Positions 60,601-64,000 of a DNA stretch of 64,000 nucleotides are shown one piece after another. This stretch comes from Aplysia californica (lineage: Eukaryota): positions 544,992 to 608,991 of the forward strand of contig NW_004797331.1 in NCBI RefSeq assembly GCF_000002075.1, given 5' to 3'. Below the pieces are notes generated by a model. That model made no database searches, was not told the DNA's origin, and worked only from the letters and a program-made list of their open reading frames with translations. Made by a program: the position numbers and the translations under genes. Within the stretch, counting starts at the first letter, position 1, and every line of letters starts with the position of its first letter.

Positions 60601-63600
60601 TTAAAATTAGTCTTGCTTTGTTGATGTGTGAACTTAGAAAATGCATAGTATAAAACCTTTTCATGAGAACAGAATGTTGGGAACTTGCGACAAGGACAAT
60701 TTATCAAATATATATATGGCATTGGATGATCTTCGTAAATTTTTTGTTGTAAATTTTGGTGCCTTGAATTTCTTTTATTTTTTTTTTTTGGGGTGTGTAT
60801 TTTTCTCTTCACTGTTTAATGAGGAGACAAAGGAGAGGTTTATGTTACATTGTCAATACAGGGTTTGTGCTACCAAAAGTAAATGCACTTTTCCTCTCTG
60901 ATAAGAAGTAGAGTGTGAAAAAATGAATACTTTTATCACTTGTCAAATATCTTGACTTCATGTGTAGTAGGTATTGTTATAGTGTTAGGTATTGATTAAT
61001 TATTATGAAAAAGCTATTCTCAATATTGTTGACAATTATAAAACTACTTGCAGCATTTTAATTTAATTGTTTTTATAGCATGAGCAAATTCTGTTTTTAG
61101 CAATTTAAAAAACTGCTAAGCTCCAACTCTCACCCATTGTCTCCTTACCCCTGGTGTAATTTCAATATCGCTCATAATCAAACGATTTTTTCACAGATGG
61201 ATGACGGAGTGCAAGTCTCGCATCATTCGATTTTACTTTTTGTATGGAGAAGAACGTGTGTTGGTAGCAGATCCAGAAATTGTCAAGCACATCATGGTCA
61301 CTAACTCGAAGAATTACGTTGATTTGTCTTCCCAGTAAGCCATAGTTCTCCTGCAGTATTGAATACTTTTTCTCCTCCCTTCAGGTTATCTGGAGGAATG
61401 TTTGTAGATCTGATTACCTGAAAATTGGTTCAAAACAACTGTTGCCTTTTGGGTCATTTTTGCATTGGTCTCAAAAAGGCAAAAGGGGAAGCCTTATTTC
61501 TGTGTCCTTTTGGTAACTGTCAGGCTTATCATGTTTGGTTACATTGGCTCAGTTTAAAGTCAGTAAGTCAGGGATTGCCACAGATGGGCAGGAAGTCCAC
61601 TCTCATGCAAGTTTCGAACTATGATCTCTGTCACTTGATGTCTTGAATTTTTGTAAAAGTAACGAGTTATCTTGATATGAAAGTTACATATATTTTTCTT
61701 TCTATATATATATAGGCCTATTGAAATGGCCAGAAAAAACTTTAAAGAAAAGGATTTTCTATTGAAATGACTCGCCGTGTTGTGTAATATCCTTTTAATG
61801 AAATCTCCTTGTTATAAAACATGAGGCAATAAATGCACGTTCAATAAATTTATGTTGGCTCTTGCCATTTTTTTTCATTTTCAAGAAATCTCAATTCCAT
61901 TGTGCCGGGCTTTCTGTTGACTTTGAGTGGAGAGGAACATCATGCCCTGAGAAAGATAATCAATCCTTCCTTCAACTCACAGACTGTGAATGGTACTTAT
62001 TTCATTACATTTTAGGTGATGTATGTCTTAAGATTCTTTTTTTTTAGTACTTTATAAGCTTAAAGCTCTCCTGGTTAAGATGTTCGCCTCTCATTCAATA
62101 AGTCCCAGGTTCGAATCCGGATAGCGATGGAAAATTTTTCTTCTCTAAAATTGTCTCCTTTCACCTTCTTTCCTCCTCTCTAGCAATGTTCTGTCATGTG
62201 CTTTCTTCTCCACTCTCTGCCCCCACCCCCTCACCTCCTTTGCCCCCTCATCTGGGCTCCGTACTCTTTCTGCAGCCTTTCTACTGCTACTCCTGGGCTC
62301 CTTCTTATTGCTGTCTTTCAGCCACACCCCTGATCTTATGGTAGGAAAGATCAAAACCTAGCCTTCTCGGACATGGGCGAAAAATCTCGAGGTCCCATGA
62401 ATAAGTTGCGCACATTAAAGATCTCTTGGTGGTCCAAAATCTATAAGAGTAGGCTTTGGCTGCCACCCAGGCAAAATTCAAAATTTCCTACCCACTGAAA
62501 ATGTTTAATGTGTCCCGCGCGCCCATATGACCTTGTGCAGTTGTGAGCCCTGTAAAACACTTAGCAAAAAAAAACCCAACAAAAAACTAAAAGCAAAGTC
62601 ATGAAACAAGGACTTTTTATAAATGAAAACTGTAAATTGTGAAATTAACAAAACTTTTTGACTGATAGTTTATTTTGATGGTGACGATACTGAATCTATG
62701 TCACTCCCTCTTTTATTTATTATTATTTTAGAGTCTTTTAAGTTTGATTTTTTTTTTTCCTCAAGTTTGTGCTCAGCATCATGAATGTGTGCTTTATATA
62801 TCTTTGGCATTAATATTTAACAACTTCTGTATTGACTCAGATTTCATCCCAGACTTCGAAGAATTTTCAAGAAAAGTGGTTAGAGATTGGGTTGAAGAGC
62901 TAAAAAAGTCTGGATCTTCTTCAGCAACTGTCGCTGCTCAAAACTACATGGGCCGATTAGTGAGTCTGATCCATCTCTTTGATTTTATTTTATTTTTTAA
63001 AATATTTTTTTCTTGGTCTCCTTTTGATTTTCTCTAAATCTCACAAGTTATTGACCGTCCTTCTTTAATTAACAGCACAACTATTTTATAATGTAATAAC
63101 TTGTTTTTGTAAGTGAGTTGGCAAGCTGCATTAATTTTGAGGAATATGTTTAAAAAATAATATTTTGAATTACATTTTTATATATATTCTAATAAACAAG
63201 CAAAGAGAATTCAAATAAAATCTATAAGAGTTATGATTAGGCGCCTTTCAGATCTAATCAACAATGCATTTTTTGTTATTTCTAATATAGAAGCTCTGTT
63301 GACACAATATTTCTGTCTCTCCCCTCATTAAAAACCAACCTTGAGCTGGAAGTTAAGTGGTCAGTGTGCCCATCATACGTCTGGAGTTATATTGTCCCCT
63401 GCACCAGATAAGACAGAGGATTCTTTTACACACTTCCCTTGTTGCATCTGCCAATAGGTACTGAGACAGAAAGTTTGAGTCATAATGATTTATTCCTCAT
63501 TTAAAAAGCTGCAGTACTGTCTTCTGAGTTTGTTTGTTAATTAAATTGGCTCTTCCTATTCATGTATCTTTGTAATGTCTGACCTCTGTTTCCTTCCTGC

Positions 63601-63718
63601 CTTAGACCTTGGATGTGATATGCCGCTGTGGATTTGACTATGACATGAAAGCTGTGGAGGACCCAGAAAATGCTGCAGTGCAAAGTTTTCGACGGATACT
63701 GCAAGGTTTTCAAATAAG
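57614..63718 (+). CDS. Gene 3: cytochrome P450 (CYP4/CYP3-clan-like), N-terminal part; continues beyond the window
   Basis: Exons 57614-57724, 60332-60411 (GC donor), 61197-61334, 61886-61992, 62841-62959, 63606-63718. TM anchor, PLRKMPG hinge, ADPEIVKHIM, LLTLSGEEHHALRKIINPSF, RLTLDVICRCGF. Confidence 0.9.
58150..60133 (+). mobile_element. Ingi-like LINE (RT + RNase H), frameshifted, in CYP coding intron 1
   Basis: CADDLALW, YLGVKLD, IYTDGS, IFTDS, WIPGHSNIPGNDRAD, CPLC...H...C; (CAA)n tail. Confidence 0.9.
62065..62559 (+). mobile_element. tRNA-SINE with Deu/Nin-like domain, copy 2, in a CYP intron
   Basis: Colinear with the reverse complement of 23882-24381. Confidence 0.85.
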
Positions 63719-64000
63719 GTACCGTAAACTGGGTGACAATGGCACCCCAGGGTGACTAAGACATGTTACCGGGAAAATGTTATGATTTTAAGTTTATTTC
63801 TTTTGATATATCAAAAATGATTTTAAGTAATTTTTCAATGCATTTCTCAAAAGAGTAATCATTTTGGGGTGTATTTACACAAACTCAGCTGGAGCATTTC
63901 TGGTGGATCTGAGGCTTGTTTTTAAGATGGCTACGGTTAGCATTTGAAATCGACCTCTGCAAGATTCCTTCAAACTTTAGTATCTCCTAATCTATTGTGC

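Overview
AT-rich, intron-containing animal genomic DNA with four N-gaps. It is probably an invertebrate such as a mollusc; that is inference from the repeat content only. Three spliced protein-coding genes were reconstructed by hand from splice sites and codon phase. (1) A + strand gene with 8 coding exons (4695-16960, 609 aa): N-terminal RGG tract, divergent TROVE/Ro60-like helical region, and a vWA domain with an intact MIDAS. (2) A convergent - strand gene (41281-27897, 5' end not found, at least 1613 aa): a small SCI1-like domain followed by about 1,450 aa of Ser/Lys/Arg-rich low-complexity sequence, mostly in one 4-kb exon. (3) The 5' part of a cytochrome P450 (57614-63718, continues past the window), which needs a GC-AG intron. 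The rest is dense with decayed mobile DNA: Rex1, RTE, L2, Ingi- and Nimb-like LINEs, three tRNA-SINE families, pogo-, Mutator- and Sola-like MITEs, a Helitron, a hAT fossil and a Gypsy LTR/gag fragment. The main leads are the Ro60-like gene, a Y-RNA-like bulged-C hairpin just downstream of it, the SCI1-like fusion gene, and a SINE and LINE that share the same 3' tail. All family assignments come from recalled motifs, not database searches.
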